64,000 nt of DNA, from IMG/VR virus record IMGVR_UViG_3300030102_004953, one strand, 5' to 3'. Both the position numbers and the translations under genes were made by a program. Of this stretch, positions 30,618-39,906 are shown one piece after another (position 1 is the stretch's first letter; the number at the start of each line of letters is the position of its first letter). The DNA comes from an uncultured virus (IMG/VR IMGVR_UViG_3300030102_004953). Its lineage: Duplodnaviria > Heunggongvirae > Uroviricota > Caudoviricetes. The notes under the pieces are model-generated. The model had not been told where the DNA came from, searched no databases, and saw only the letters and a program-made list of their open reading frames with translations.

Positions 30618-31876
30618 TATGCTATCCTCTTAACGTCTTTATCGCCAATCAAAGCCATTCCAACTTTTTTTAAGTTTTGAGCTGCTTGTGCAACCATTGT
30701 GTATTTACCTAATTTTATTGGTTTGTTTTTAATCACTACGTACAACATACCTCTTTCAGTTTCAAATTGTAGTGGGAATGTTTTCTTTTTATCCATACCA
30801 CGAATCTCAACTTCAATTTTGAATCCAACCTTATCTCTCTTACTGACTTTGAATCCACCACCCATCATTTTAGCTGTCATAGGTCTCATACCTGCCTTTT
30901 TAATAACGGTAGCTATACCACCTAAAAGCATATCAGCTCCTAAAGATGTAGCTTCATCTACTGATTCTTTTAAGTACTTACCTTTTTTATAATCACCCTC
31001 AACTTTATCAATCATCTTTTGTAATTCTTTTTTATTTGATGCTGATTTTGAACTATTTCTTTTTTGTTTGAGTTTATTGATTACCTTAATTGTCATAAGT
31101 TTTGCATTTGATGGTTTATCAAAAGTTTTTACCTGATGAATTGCATTTTTCATCGCATCTTTCATTTCTTCTAAAGAGGGTAACCCTTTCATCTTTGACA
31201 TATCTCTAACAAATTGTTTGTAAGCTGATGGGTTTTTTTTATAATTTTTCATTACACCTGCTAATCCATCTGCATCCATCTCAATAGCCATTTGTATAAC
31301 ATTCATCATCTTACCCTTTGCCCACGGAAATGCTTTTTTGATTGCACCAACTTTACCTACTTTTTCATTTACTGATTCAAATAAATCATCTAAATTAAAT
31401 CTCATCATAGGTTTCATAAGTGTACGGTTATAGGGTTGTTTAATAATATCTTTTACATCGTTTTTTGTGATTCTATTTCTACCTGGATAACTTTGGTTTA
31501 TTCTATCGGCTATATGGTCTAGTGCTTTTGCTAATTTTTTATCTTGTCGTCTATAATCTTGTGCTAACATTCTAGCATTATCTTCAACATACTCACCATA
31601 TGAACTAACTTCATTTACGGATTCAACTTTAATACCTAACATTTTTGGTAACCTAATAGTCAAATCCATTAGTTCGTGTGATTTCATTTTATCCATTTTA
31701 CCACGAAAACTTTTCATCTTTGGATGATTATAAATAGCTATAATTTCTCTAGCAGTCTTACCATTCATCCTAGTGCCTGATACAGTACCGTACTTATTTT
31801 TATCCGCTAGATTCTGAATCGATTTTATTGTTTTTGATTCGCTAATGCAGCATTCTCCACCACAACCACACGCCAT
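30617..31876 (-). CDS. Modular basic protein with repeated ESV(N/D)E linkers
   Basis: ESVNE twice and ESVDE once, separating modules; GGAG RBS; TATTTAT upstream. Confidence 0.6.
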   Translation of the reverse strand: MACGCGGECCISESKTIKSIQNLADKNKYGTVSGTRMNGKTAREIIAIYNHPKMKSFRGKMDKMKSHELMDLTIRLPKMLGIKVESVNEVSSYGEYVEDNARMLAQDYRRQDKKLAKALDHIADRINQSYPGRNRITKNDVKDIIKQPYNRTLMKPMMRFNLDDLFESVNEKVGKVGAIKKAFPWAKGKMMNVIQMAIEMDADGLAGVMKNYKKNPSAYKQFVRDMSKMKGLPSLEEMKDAMKNAIHQVKTFDKPSNAKLMTIKVINKLKQKRNSSKSASNKKELQKMIDKVEGDYKKGKYLKESVDEATSLGADMLLGGIATVIKKAGMRPMTAKMMGGGFKVSKRDKVGFKIEVEIRGMDKKKTFPLQFETERGMLYVVIKNKPIKLGKYTMVAQAAQNLKKVGMALIGDKDVKRIA

Positions 31877-31919
31877 AGTATTCTCCTAAATTGGATTTAA
31901 AGTGTCATCTATAAATAGG

Positions 31920-32507
31920 TTACATACAACATTTTTTAAATTTTTTACCACTACCACAAACACAAGGATCGTTTCTTCCAACTTTATCTTGAGTAGTTAT
32001 GGTGGTAATCATTTGTCTATCGTGTATAGTCATACCATTTAAGTGGTCTATTTCGTGTTGAACACATATAGCTTCAAGTAATCTTCTTTCATCATCTTCT
32101 TTTTTACTACTTGTTTCTTCCCAACTACCTTTACCATCACTTGGATTCTCTGCTCCACTAAAGTACCAATCTGAATCCTCTTGTGCAGTTTTTATAATAA
32201 TATTCTTATATCGTTTTGTTTGAATACCTTTTCTTGGGTACGACAAACAACCCTCATAGTAAGGTATCTCATCCCAAACCTTTATAATCTTAGGGTTTAT
32301 AAGTATTAAAGGTTCCTTAACATTAACCACAGCAACACTAGCATCAATACCAATCTGATTAGCTGCCAACCCAATACCATCTTTCCGTTCTGCGAGGACA
32401 TTGAATAAATCTTTCGCAATATCCAATCCTTCATCTATACTTACCTCTTTTAGTTTTGTGTTTATTACAGGATTATTTTCTTTTAAACAATTAATTACGT
32501 TTAACAT
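31920..32507 (-). CDS. def: Peptide deformylase with C-terminal SEC-C motif
   Basis: GIGLAANQIG, EGCLS, QHEIDHLNG; GRNDPCVCGSGKKFKKCC. Confidence 0.93.
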   Translation of the reverse strand: MLNVINCLKENNPVINTKLKEVSIDEGLDIAKDLFNVLAERKDGIGLAANQIGIDASVAVVNVKEPLILINPKIIKVWDEIPYYEGCLSYPRKGIQTKRYKNIIIKTAQEDSDWYFSGAENPSDGKGSWEETSSKKEDDERRLLEAICVQHEIDHLNGMTIHDRQMITTITTQDKVGRNDPCVCGSGKKFKKCCM

Positions 32508-32613
32508 TCTTTTTTCCAAATATTTTTTCCCAATTTTTATCGTATCTTTTTTTATCAGCTACACGATTTCTATCACCTTTACCATTTGATAGTTTTTTAT
32601 TTTTAGCTGGCAT
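32491..32613 (-). CDS. Small basic phage protein (40 aa)
   Basis: Hand-translated MPAKNKKLSNGKGDRNRVADKKRYDKNWEKIFGKKNVKRN; fills the gap with overlaps on both sides. Confidence 0.6.
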   Translation of the reverse strand: MPAKNKKLSNGKGDRNRVADKKRYDKNWEKIFGKKNVKRN

Positions 32614-33547
32614 AATGTAATTCTCTGTATTTTCGAACTGCTAATTCCTTATGTTTAGCCTCAATCATTATGTCTACGACATTACCATAAGTATCGATAT
32701 AATCGTAGACATAATCAGAATGTGCCTGTGGTTTAATCTTATCATCCTCTTGTTCTATAGAACGTGATTCTGAATAATGAACTACAGGTATTATCTCTTG
32801 GGGCCAAGTTGACATAGCCAATTCCAAAGCCTCTTGCTCTGAGAGGCTACCGCTACAGAAGCGATGGTGATGGTAGTCAAACACGATGGGCACGCCAATT
32901 CGTTTATATATTCCATTGTACAACTCCTTAACTGAGTACATTGAAGCCTTATCATCATTCTCCACTGTTAATCGTGTCTGAACTGATTCAGGCAGTTTTT
33001 CAAAGTTTTTACAGAACCTATCCATAGCAGATTCTTTATCACCATATGCACCACCTAAGTGGATGTTGATTTTGTTGTATGGTGTTCTACTAAGATTCAT
33101 CATATCAAAAACATCACCGTGGTCTGTTAAATCACCAATACAATTTTTGACAACGTGTTCGTGAGGTGATGTAAGAACATTGAATGGACCTGGATGTGAT
33201 GTGATACGAATATTATGTGTCTTAGCTTTCACACCTGCTGAATGTAACCACATTCTAATATCGTCAATATCTTTCAAATCATCCCACTTATACTCAGATT
33301 TCCACGGAGCCAATCCACTTGTGATACGAAAAAAATCATATCCATTGAGAATATTCCAATCGATAATCTTATCTAAATCTCTTACATTGTTTAGTGTAAC
33401 CTCTGAAGCGTAATCTAAACCTTTAGTATCAAAGGTTCTACGAATCATACTACGACCTGTAGTAATAGGTTTTACACCTCTTTCTTGTCCACCCCACTTT
33501 TGTGGGTATGATAGTTGCATATTTATACAAGCATAACCAATTCTCAT
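32603..33547 (-). CDS. uvsE: UV DNA damage endonuclease
   Basis: MRIGYACIN, FFRITS, HPG.F..L.S, ENDD, FDYHHH, HYSES, AHSD, IEAKHKE. Confidence 0.93.
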   Translation of the reverse strand: MRIGYACINMQLSYPQKWGGQERGVKPITTGRSMIRRTFDTKGLDYASEVTLNNVRDLDKIIDWNILNGYDFFRITSGLAPWKSEYKWDDLKDIDDIRMWLHSAGVKAKTHNIRITSHPGPFNVLTSPHEHVVKNCIGDLTDHGDVFDMMNLSRTPYNKINIHLGGAYGDKESAMDRFCKNFEKLPESVQTRLTVENDDKASMYSVKELYNGIYKRIGVPIVFDYHHHRFCSGSLSEQEALELAMSTWPQEIIPVVHYSESRSIEQEDDKIKPQAHSDYVYDYIDTYGNVVDIMIEAKHKELAVRKYRELHYAS

Positions 33548-33619
33548 TAAAACCTCGGTGGTCTAGTGTTGTTATTCATATTTACTGCAATATAAAATAA
33601 TAGTAGAACTACGATAAAT

Positions 33620-33841
33620 TCAAACATCGTTTTCCTCAACCTTTTCTGTTAACTTTTCAAAATCTTTTCTTATCACAAAAAGTTTATCAAGTGAATTAGT
33701 AACCCTCTCATAAGCCCATTTGTTGTCATTCTCAAATTCTTCATTCATATATAACTCATCTAACATAACTCTTAATTCTTGTATATTAAAACTTATATCA
33801 GATAAGTGTCTTTTTAAACTTAGTTGCTCACGTTGCCACAT
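33620..33841 (-). CDS. Hypothetical protein
   Basis: In-operon ORF. Confidence 0.45.
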   Translation of the reverse strand: MWQREQLSLKRHLSDISFNIQELRVMLDELYMNEEFENDNKWAYERVTNSLDKLFVIRKDFEKLTEKVEENDV

Positions 33842-33844
33842 TTA

Positions 33845-34180
33845 TTATTTTACTTTTGCTTTTTCTTTTCGATACTTTGCTATTTTTTCAGCTTCTATTT
33901 CTTTTTGTGTACGTCGTTTAATTTTTTTCTTACTGATTTTTGTGGGTGATAATGTACCTTTTAGCTTTGGTTGCTCTTTACCTCTATGAAATACGTTACC
34001 ATCTTTATCAACAAATTCATTCATAAAGTGCCAACCAGGCGGTTTGCCTGAAGAAGTTCTTGTTTTATCTTCAGGCAATCCAACAGCTTTTAGGGTACAA
34101 TATGAACACGTTACAGTACTCGTATCTTCACCAACGTTAGTAACTAAACGTCCACATTTTTTACACTCTAGTGATTTCAT
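33845..34180 (-). CDS. Zinc-ribbon hypothetical protein
   Basis: CKKC...CSYC; GWHFM.EFVD.DGNVF; start MKSLECK after GAGG. Confidence 0.65.
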   Translation of the reverse strand: MKSLECKKCGRLVTNVGEDTSTVTCSYCTLKAVGLPEDKTRTSSGKPPGWHFMNEFVDKDGNVFHRGKEQPKLKGTLSPTKISKKKIKRRTQKEIEAEKIAKYRKEKAKVK

Positions 34181-34206
34181 AATACATTCCTCTTGTAACA
34201 TAATGG

Positions 34207-34236
34207 ATCTTACAAACTTTTAAATATATATGTCAA
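34207..34236 (-). promoter_or_regulatory. sigma70-type promoter
   Basis: TTGACA-18-TAAGAT. Confidence 0.75.
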
Positions 34237-34991
34237 GTCTTTTTTTTCAAAAAAATATTAATAGATTTTTTAGCTTTGTGAACTTCATTCTCAAATCTTA
34301 TATCGGGAGATGATGTTACTAAGCTGTAATCTGTGAATACAGCTCTATTGAATTTATAACCTATGTATTTATCATAGAAAGGTGCGCCTTCTATATTAGT
34401 TTTCATTTCTTTGTAATCTACGTGTGTATAAAATGGTGTAGTGCTTGATACAAAAGAGTTGTCAGGTTTATGTAAAGAGATTCCACCAAGAGATTCTATT
34501 AAATTATGTTCTGTAGGTGTTAAAAATACTTCTAACTTTATACCATCGTATCTATTGTAAAATAATGCAGTTGGTTCATCATACCAATGTAAAGTAAAAA
34601 ATGATTTATCAAGCTCATAATTTTCTAAATCTCTGTAAACAGCTTTAACATCCTCAACTATAATTTTACAAAACGGAACGTTTAAATGATGTGCGCCTGA
34701 ATCACTAGCTGACGAGTATGGATGTGTTAGTAAGAAATTATTCATCTCATACAGGACAGAGTGATTGAAAAAATCATCAACTACAAAATAACCTTTAGTT
34801 CTTATCTGATTAGAAAAGCTACCTAAGTTAACATCGTAACTTACAGTATCTAAACTAATGTTAGGTTTGTAGTAAGGTTGTAAGTTTGTCTTACTACAAT
34901 GTAGTTGTAAATCTCGATTTACTTTATCAAGTTTACTTCTTATTTCCTCTTGGTGGTATTGCTGCATCTTTGCCAAATACTCTTTTATCAA
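34233..34991 (-). CDS. Divergent 2OG-Fe(II) oxygenase-like protein
   Basis: FVVDDFF, FLTP...GG, YKFNRAVF; metal-binding HxD not evident. Confidence 0.45.
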   Translation of the reverse strand: MIKEYLAKMQQYHQEEIRSKLDKVNRDLQLHCSKTNLQPYYKPNISLDTVSYDVNLGSFSNQIRTKGYFVVDDFFNHSVLYEMNNFLLTHPYSSASDSGAHHLNVPFCKIIVEDVKAVYRDLENYELDKSFFTLHWYDEPTALFYNRYDGIKLEVFLTPTEHNLIESLGGISLHKPDNSFVSSTTPFYTHVDYKEMKTNIEGAPFYDKYIGYKFNRAVFTDYSLVTSSPDIRFENEVHKAKKSINIFLKKKT

Positions 34992-35862
34992 TAGGTTTTT
35001 CTTCTACGTATTCTATTTTTTTTGTTTTAGGTTTTGGTTTCTCTTCTTCTACATCCACAATCTTTTTCTTTTCATCTCTTGTAAAAGTTTTAGGTTTTTC
35101 TTTTTTATACTTTTTAAAAAGAGTATTTACCTGCTCTTCTTTTTGGTATATTTCTAATTCCTTATATCCCATAGCCATATTGAATGCTATAACTAAAGCT
35201 ATAGCCATCGGGTCAAAAACAAATATCAATATGAATATGAAAAACTTTACAACTGTATCCACATCAGTTTCAAAAGTTCTTGCAAGATATATTGCAGGTC
35301 CTACATCAACACCTGTTTCAACTAACTCAATCTTTAAATCACCTATCTTACCTTTTATATCTAACATCTCAGCATTTACGTTTTGTATTTGTGGATTAAA
35401 ATCCTCACGTAGTTTACGTTTAGCCGTGATATAGTTTTCAGGTAAACTTGCAATCTGAGCATCAAGCTCCTCTTTTAAAAACACCTTATCTTCTTCAAGT
35501 TGTTCTAACCTATCTTCGTATGCTAATAGTGCAGTTGTTTGTTTTTCAAACGCTACAGTAGCACCTTGATAAGCATTAGACAGATATCCGAAGATACCTG
35601 CGGATGTAATCAATACTAAAACTATAGTACCTATCATCAAGTAGTATTTTAAGAAATTATTTACTTGAGTCCAATACCTATATAAAAACGAGGCAGCTAT
35701 TAGTTTAGCAAATTCTAAACTTCCTGCCATAATAATAACAGATAAAGTAGCACCTGCAAATAGTTTGGATAAACCAAATACAGAAAAGAAAGCTGCGCTT
35801 CCTGCCACTAATAATGCTGATAACCCTACTAGCTTTGGAAATATTTTAAAGTTTTCAAGCAC
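34933..35862 (-). CDS. Multi-TM coiled-coil membrane protein
   Basis: AAFFSVFGL, LEFAKL, ITSAGIFGYLS, VFDPMAI. Confidence 0.7.
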   Translation of the reverse strand: MLENFKIFPKLVGLSALLVAGSAAFFSVFGLSKLFAGATLSVIIMAGSLEFAKLIAASFLYRYWTQVNNFLKYYLMIGTIVLVLITSAGIFGYLSNAYQGATVAFEKQTTALLAYEDRLEQLEEDKVFLKEELDAQIASLPENYITAKRKLREDFNPQIQNVNAEMLDIKGKIGDLKIELVETGVDVGPAIYLARTFETDVDTVVKFFIFILIFVFDPMAIALVIAFNMAMGYKELEIYQKEEQVNTLFKKYKKEKPKTFTRDEKKKIVDVEEEKPKPKTKKIEYVEEKPIDKRVFGKDAAIPPRGNKK

Positions 35863-35894
35863 GAAATTCTCCCTATTATGTTACGTAGTAATAA

Positions 35895-36404
35895 TTATTG
35901 TGTAGACTTTAGAAGTTGTTCAATTTTATTTTTCATTAATACTAATTCTTCTCTCGGTGTGTGATACCATATCCACGCTATACGTTCTTTTATCTCACGT
36001 ATCTTATGTGTTATATCTGCACAATGTGATTGTAATAACCTCTCATCTTCCAAATACTTTGTAGTATCTATGTTTAAATCTTCAGCTATACTTAGTAGTT
36101 CTGAAAAGTTTTTTGATTTGTTTGCTTTGTTTGCCTTAACAAAAACTTCATTACTATCTTCTTTTAATTTATCAGGATGCGTTTTAACCGCTATCTCTTT
36201 AAATAATTTTTTTGATACTTCTTCGGTGTTTTCAAAACTTTCTGTATCTTGATGTTCAACTGTTTTACTTTGTTGTTCATCTAAACAATACGCAAAATCA
36301 ACTAAGAATTGAGCATTAGCTTCAGCATTAATTTCTAATACTTCTTCTAATTCTAATTGTAACCATTGTAATTTATATTTTAATTTTTTAGTGGAGCGTT
36401 TCAA
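35895..36404 (-). CDS. J-domain-like protein
   Basis: KLFKEIAVKTHPDK. Confidence 0.7.
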   Translation of the reverse strand: MKRSTKKLKYKLQWLQLELEEVLEINAEANAQFLVDFAYCLDEQQSKTVEHQDTESFENTEEVSKKLFKEIAVKTHPDKLKEDSNEVFVKANKANKSKNFSELLSIAEDLNIDTTKYLEDERLLQSHCADITHKIREIKERIAWIWYHTPREELVLMKNKIEQLLKSTQ

Positions 36405-36407
36405 TCA

Positions 36408-36590
36408 TTATGCCTGTGGTAACCTATCTCTAACATCATATAAGAGTTTTTTTTCTACTTCATCATTTAATCTAAAGTGTTTTATAAATTCTGACATAAG
36501 ATACATAAACTCCTCAGTATCTTCTTCTAAGATACTTTTATCTCTTTTTTCTAAGAGCCGTTTTAGTACATACTTATCAAAATTATCCAT
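36408..36590 (-). CDS. Hypothetical protein
   Basis: In-operon ORF. Confidence 0.5.
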   Translation of the reverse strand: MDNFDKYVLKRLLEKRDKSILEEDTEEFMYLMSEFIKHFRLNDEVEKKLLYDVRDRLPQA

Positions 36591-36592
36591 TG

Positions 36593-36781
36593 TTATATCT
36601 CTTCAAATTCTACATCAATACACTTCATACATAAATAGTAAGTATCACCGTTCTTTAGTACGGTATCAGCTAAGTAGACTCGTTTTTTCAAGTCTGTAGT
36701 TGTAACCTCGGGAGCGATTTTGTGCGCTGATACCGTACTAAGAACGAGGTATCTCTCGTTATTAACGGTGATTAGCTGCAC
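36593..36781 (-). CDS. Hypothetical protein
   Basis: In-operon ORF. Confidence 0.5.
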   Translation of the reverse strand: MQLITVNNERYLVLSTVSAHKIAPEVTTTDLKKRVYLADTVLKNGDTYYLCMKCIDVEFEEI

Positions 36782-36783
36782 CT

Positions 36784-37260
36784 TTAAGAGATTTTAACTG
36801 AGTGCTTCTCTGGCTTTGCTGGCTCCACTTTCGGAATCTGAATGGATAATAATCCATCTTTGAATGAAGCCTTGATTTTCTTACCATCGAGAAGTTCACC
36901 AAGTTCAAATTGTCTCTTGAATGAAGATTGTTTTAATTCTCTACGAATTACTTTTGCACCTGCATCATCAAACAATCCGTGTTTGTTTCCAGCGATAGTT
37001 AGTATACCATCCTCTACATCAATAGATAAGTCTTTCTTATCTAAGCCAGGAATCTCAGCGACAACACCAACTTTATCATCGTATTCATATACGTTGACTT
37101 TTGGGTATGCTGTTCCTTGCATTGGATTGACACCAACACTTTTAGTCATCTCAGGAAATTGAGCTGATACTATCTGGTCAAACATTTTATCAAAGGGGGT
37201 TAAAAAAGAATCCCTATCTAACATAGGGAGTGTGCGATTTTTAAAGACTACTTTAGTCAT
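36784..37260 (-). CDS. Hsp20 small heat-shock protein
   Basis: YPKVNVYE...EIPG...LTIAG...FKRQF...ASFKDGLLSI; AGGAG RBS before MTKVVF. Confidence 0.92.
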   Translation of the reverse strand: MTKVVFKNRTLPMLDRDSFLTPFDKMFDQIVSAQFPEMTKSVGVNPMQGTAYPKVNVYEYDDKVGVVAEIPGLDKKDLSIDVEDGILTIAGNKHGLFDDAGAKVIRRELKQSSFKRQFELGELLDGKKIKASFKDGLLSIQIPKVEPAKPEKHSVKIS

Positions 37261-37450
37261 TGTATTCTCCTGTTGTTTACTTTCGCTAAACTTGAGATTG
37301 ATTCTTTCGACATCATATCTCATTTACTATATCAGCCTCATTTGAGCGCTGAATTCTTCTGTTAATAAATAGTAGGACACCAATTTTTAAGTTATTTATA
37401 TCGTGAGAACTAAAAATTTAGTGCCCTACTTTTTAAATTTTGAAATTTAT

Positions 37451-37845
37451 GGGGATGTTGGATTAGCGATTACCAACAACTTTCTCGCTCAGATTTATTT
37501 GCCCTTGTACCTACTACCCATCAGTTACGATGATTCTCTTCATAGATGGTTAGTCTACGTCAAAGTGAGTATAACCTCTGTAGTATTGCTTTATCTCTCT
37601 GAGTTTAGATTGATTCAGCCACAAGATGGGATTTCAGTTTTACCCTTACCCATAACAAGGTCATAAGAATCGCTTCTTATTTTATTCTGAAAGTACCTTC
37701 TCCAACTACTATCGTAGGGTATTGTCAACATTTAGCCGAATACCAACTCACCACAAGTCTTGAAGCGGATTGCCTTATGGGCTTCCTATGGTTACCCATT
37801 ATTCAGCCAATCCCATACAGAGTTAATTACTCTCCGTACTTCTCA
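37451..37845 (-). ncRNA. Large (~400 nt) structured ncRNA of unrecognised family
   Basis: GC-richer intergenic block with no credible ORF; many helices, GNRA tetraloops and G-U pairs on the minus strand; boxB/boxA-like leader. Confidence 0.7.
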
Positions 37846-37931
37846 AAATTTCAAATTGTCAAAAAACTTTTGTGTCATTCGAGACACATAATATAAGTAT
37901 AAACTTATTTTCTAAAATACAATTTTTTTTT

Positions 37932-38600
37932 CTAATACGCTGGTTGCACAATAGGATGTATAAATGATATCAACATATATCGTACACCCTCTGATATAGG
38001 TCTTGCACCGTGTTTGTGTGTAACTAAACTTGGTGCTAAAACACTCCAACCTGGCTGAGCTTGTAAAGTTAGATTGTATTTTTTAAAATAAGTTCCGCCA
38101 CCAATAAAATTATCATTCAATGATGTATTAAATGTAAAGTACGAACTATCCATATGTGTATCTAAGTAGGATTGATTCTCAATCGTGTACCTAACCAAAA
38201 AAGTTTCATCAGCAAAATCTTCTGCTTTTTTACCAGCTATCTGATATATGTTTAAAGCGTGTGGTAGTAACCAATTTTGTAAAACTAACTGAAATACTTC
38301 ATACAATCTAGCATCAAAATCTTTTAGTAATATATCGTTGGTTGGGTAATGTTCGTGTCTACCTTTAGTCCAATTTTGTTCAGGCATTTCTGAAGCCATT
38401 TTTGTAATAGTATCACAAAACCTTTGTGAAAAAATTGGCATTAGATGTATATCTGTACCTACTGTATTTTTTTCTATTTCTTCAGAAACTAATTCAGATG
38501 GTGCGCCAGATGATAATATTGGATTCAAGTAATTGTGAATCCAATTATCATCGTATCTAAGAAAATTACTTTGCACGTCTTTTTTTACCACCTTGTCCAC
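37932..38600 (-). CDS. 2OG-Fe(II) oxygenase, lysyl-hydroxylase (PLOD C-terminal)-like
   Basis: FLVRY...THMDSS...GGGTYF...HKHGARP...RYMLISF. Confidence 0.85.
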   Translation of the reverse strand: MDKVVKKDVQSNFLRYDDNWIHNYLNPILSSGAPSELVSEEIEKNTVGTDIHLMPIFSQRFCDTITKMASEMPEQNWTKGRHEHYPTNDILLKDFDARLYEVFQLVLQNWLLPHALNIYQIAGKKAEDFADETFLVRYTIENQSYLDTHMDSSYFTFNTSLNDNFIGGGTYFKKYNLTLQAQPGWSVLAPSLVTHKHGARPISEGVRYMLISFIHPIVQPAY

Positions 38601-38703
38601 GATAAGGTTTTATCGCAGTTTTTTTAGTTCCTCTACCAGCACCTTGTCTGGTTTTTTTCTTTACTGGTTTTCTTACTTTTGTTCCATCAAGTGTTCTTGC
38701 CAT
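38566..38703 (-). CDS. Small highly basic protein (45 aa)
   Basis: Hand-translated MARTLDG...KKKTRQG...KPYRGQGGKKRRAK. Confidence 0.65.
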   Translation of the reverse strand: MARTLDGTKVRKPVKKKTRQGAGRGTKKTAIKPYRGQGGKKRRAK

Positions 38704-38961
38704 TTATGATATTCTCTCCATAACTTTATTTTTCGGTAATACTCCAACAAATCTATCCACTTCAACACCACCATCTTCTATAACCACCGTTGGTACTGAA
38801 CGGACTCCGTATTTACTTGCTAATTCACTATCCTTATCTACATCAATAAACTGAATGTTATTTCCTTCATTAGCTAATTCTTTCATAATTGGTTTAAATT
38901 GTTGACAAGGACCACACCAAGTGGCACTAAAGTACTTAGTCGTTTTCATCATTTTCTCCAA
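38704..38961 (-). CDS. Thioredoxin
   Basis: WCGPC, VRSVPT. Confidence 0.9.
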   Translation of the reverse strand: MEKMMKTTKYFSATWCGPCQQFKPIMKELANEGNNIQFIDVDKDSELASKYGVRSVPTVVIEDGGVEVDRFVGVLPKNKVMERIS

Positions 38962-39009
38962 GTAAAATATTTTTGTGATATAGTTGTATTCTTATTTGCG
39001 TAAGGTACA

Positions 39010-39897
39010 TTAACTTTTATTATAGTCATTTCCCTTAAATTCTTCTTTTGGCTTTGCATTACGTTTCCTCTGTTGATGATATACTTTTTGGTTCTTCATC
39101 ATCTGTCCTAAATCGTGTTCCGTTTTAGAATTAGTTTCTTTACTATGTCTGTAAGCGCCGTACTTTCTATAATTATAATCTAACCAACGCTTATATTGAA
39201 ATTTATTTAAATCTTCGTTTTCTAACTCCCAATTTTCTTCATACGTATCTCTACGTATTGGAATCAGAGCTGCTACGGGTTTATCTTTTTCTATTTTAAC
39301 TGTGCAGTTTTCTTTAAAAGCTATATTAATCCATATATCATATACCATCCAATCAGTTTCTAGTATACCAGCTTGAATTGTATATGGTTTTGGTTTACTA
39401 TATCTGTAGTAATCGTTAATTGGGTCTGTAATTAGTAATCCCCAACCTGGTGGTGTTTCGAATATACAACCAGTCCAAATTGTCATAATGTTTTGTTCTA
39501 CTTTACCAAATGATAGTAAATCACTTCTCTTAGTTAGAATCTTTGATAGCTCTTCATTCTTTTCAAAAGTATCTTTATACCTATCATCGAATGATAATAC
39601 TTTATCTTTTAGGTAAGAACTATCAGCATCCCAAGCTCCCATTTCTAATAATTCAAAACTCTTAGATTGTTCAGGCATCTTTTGTATATGCCCTACTTCA
39701 TCAGGATGTTGTTCATACTTTATAGTAATATCTACAGGTGGGTAGATGTAGTAACCTGCTTTGTTAGCGTGATTAAAAGGACCACAATATTTTAAAGCAT
39801 CTCTAAACTGATTAGATACTTTACCTAATCCAAGTGTCGGTGATGCCTTTTCTATTCTGCAACTTTGATTGTGTAACCTATGTACTTTTAATTTAAT
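39010..39897 (-). CDS. DUF6065-like (dUTPase-fold-like) protein, probable ATT start
   Basis: Open frame extends 73 codons upstream of the first ATG and includes CGPF.HAN..GY.IYPP.D; TPPGWGL...GILETDW. Confidence 0.6.
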   Translation of the reverse strand: MKLKVHRLHNQSCRIEKASPTLGLGKVSNQFRDALKYCGPFNHANKAGYYIYPPVDITIKYEQHPDEVGHIQKMPEQSKSFELLEMGAWDADSSYLKDKVLSFDDRYKDTFEKNEELSKILTKRSDLLSFGKVEQNIMTIWTGCIFETPPGWGLLITDPINDYYRYSKPKPYTIQAGILETDWMVYDIWINIAFKENCTVKIEKDKPVAALIPIRRDTYEENWELENEDLNKFQYKRWLDYNYRKYGAYRHSKETNSKTEHDLGQMMKNQKVYHQQRKRNAKPKEEFKGNDYNKS

Positions 39898-39906
39898 ACA
39901 ATACCT

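Noticed and set aside
37403..37666. 87-aa plus-strand ORF
   Set aside because: Lies antisense to the structured RNA candidate; no RBS or protein-like features
37451..37845. RNase P RNA or group I intron identity for the large RNA
   Set aside because: Only partial resemblances (AGGAAGCCC, GGTAAGGGTAAAAC, TAGACTA); no proper P4 partner or P7/S element, and no interrupted gene
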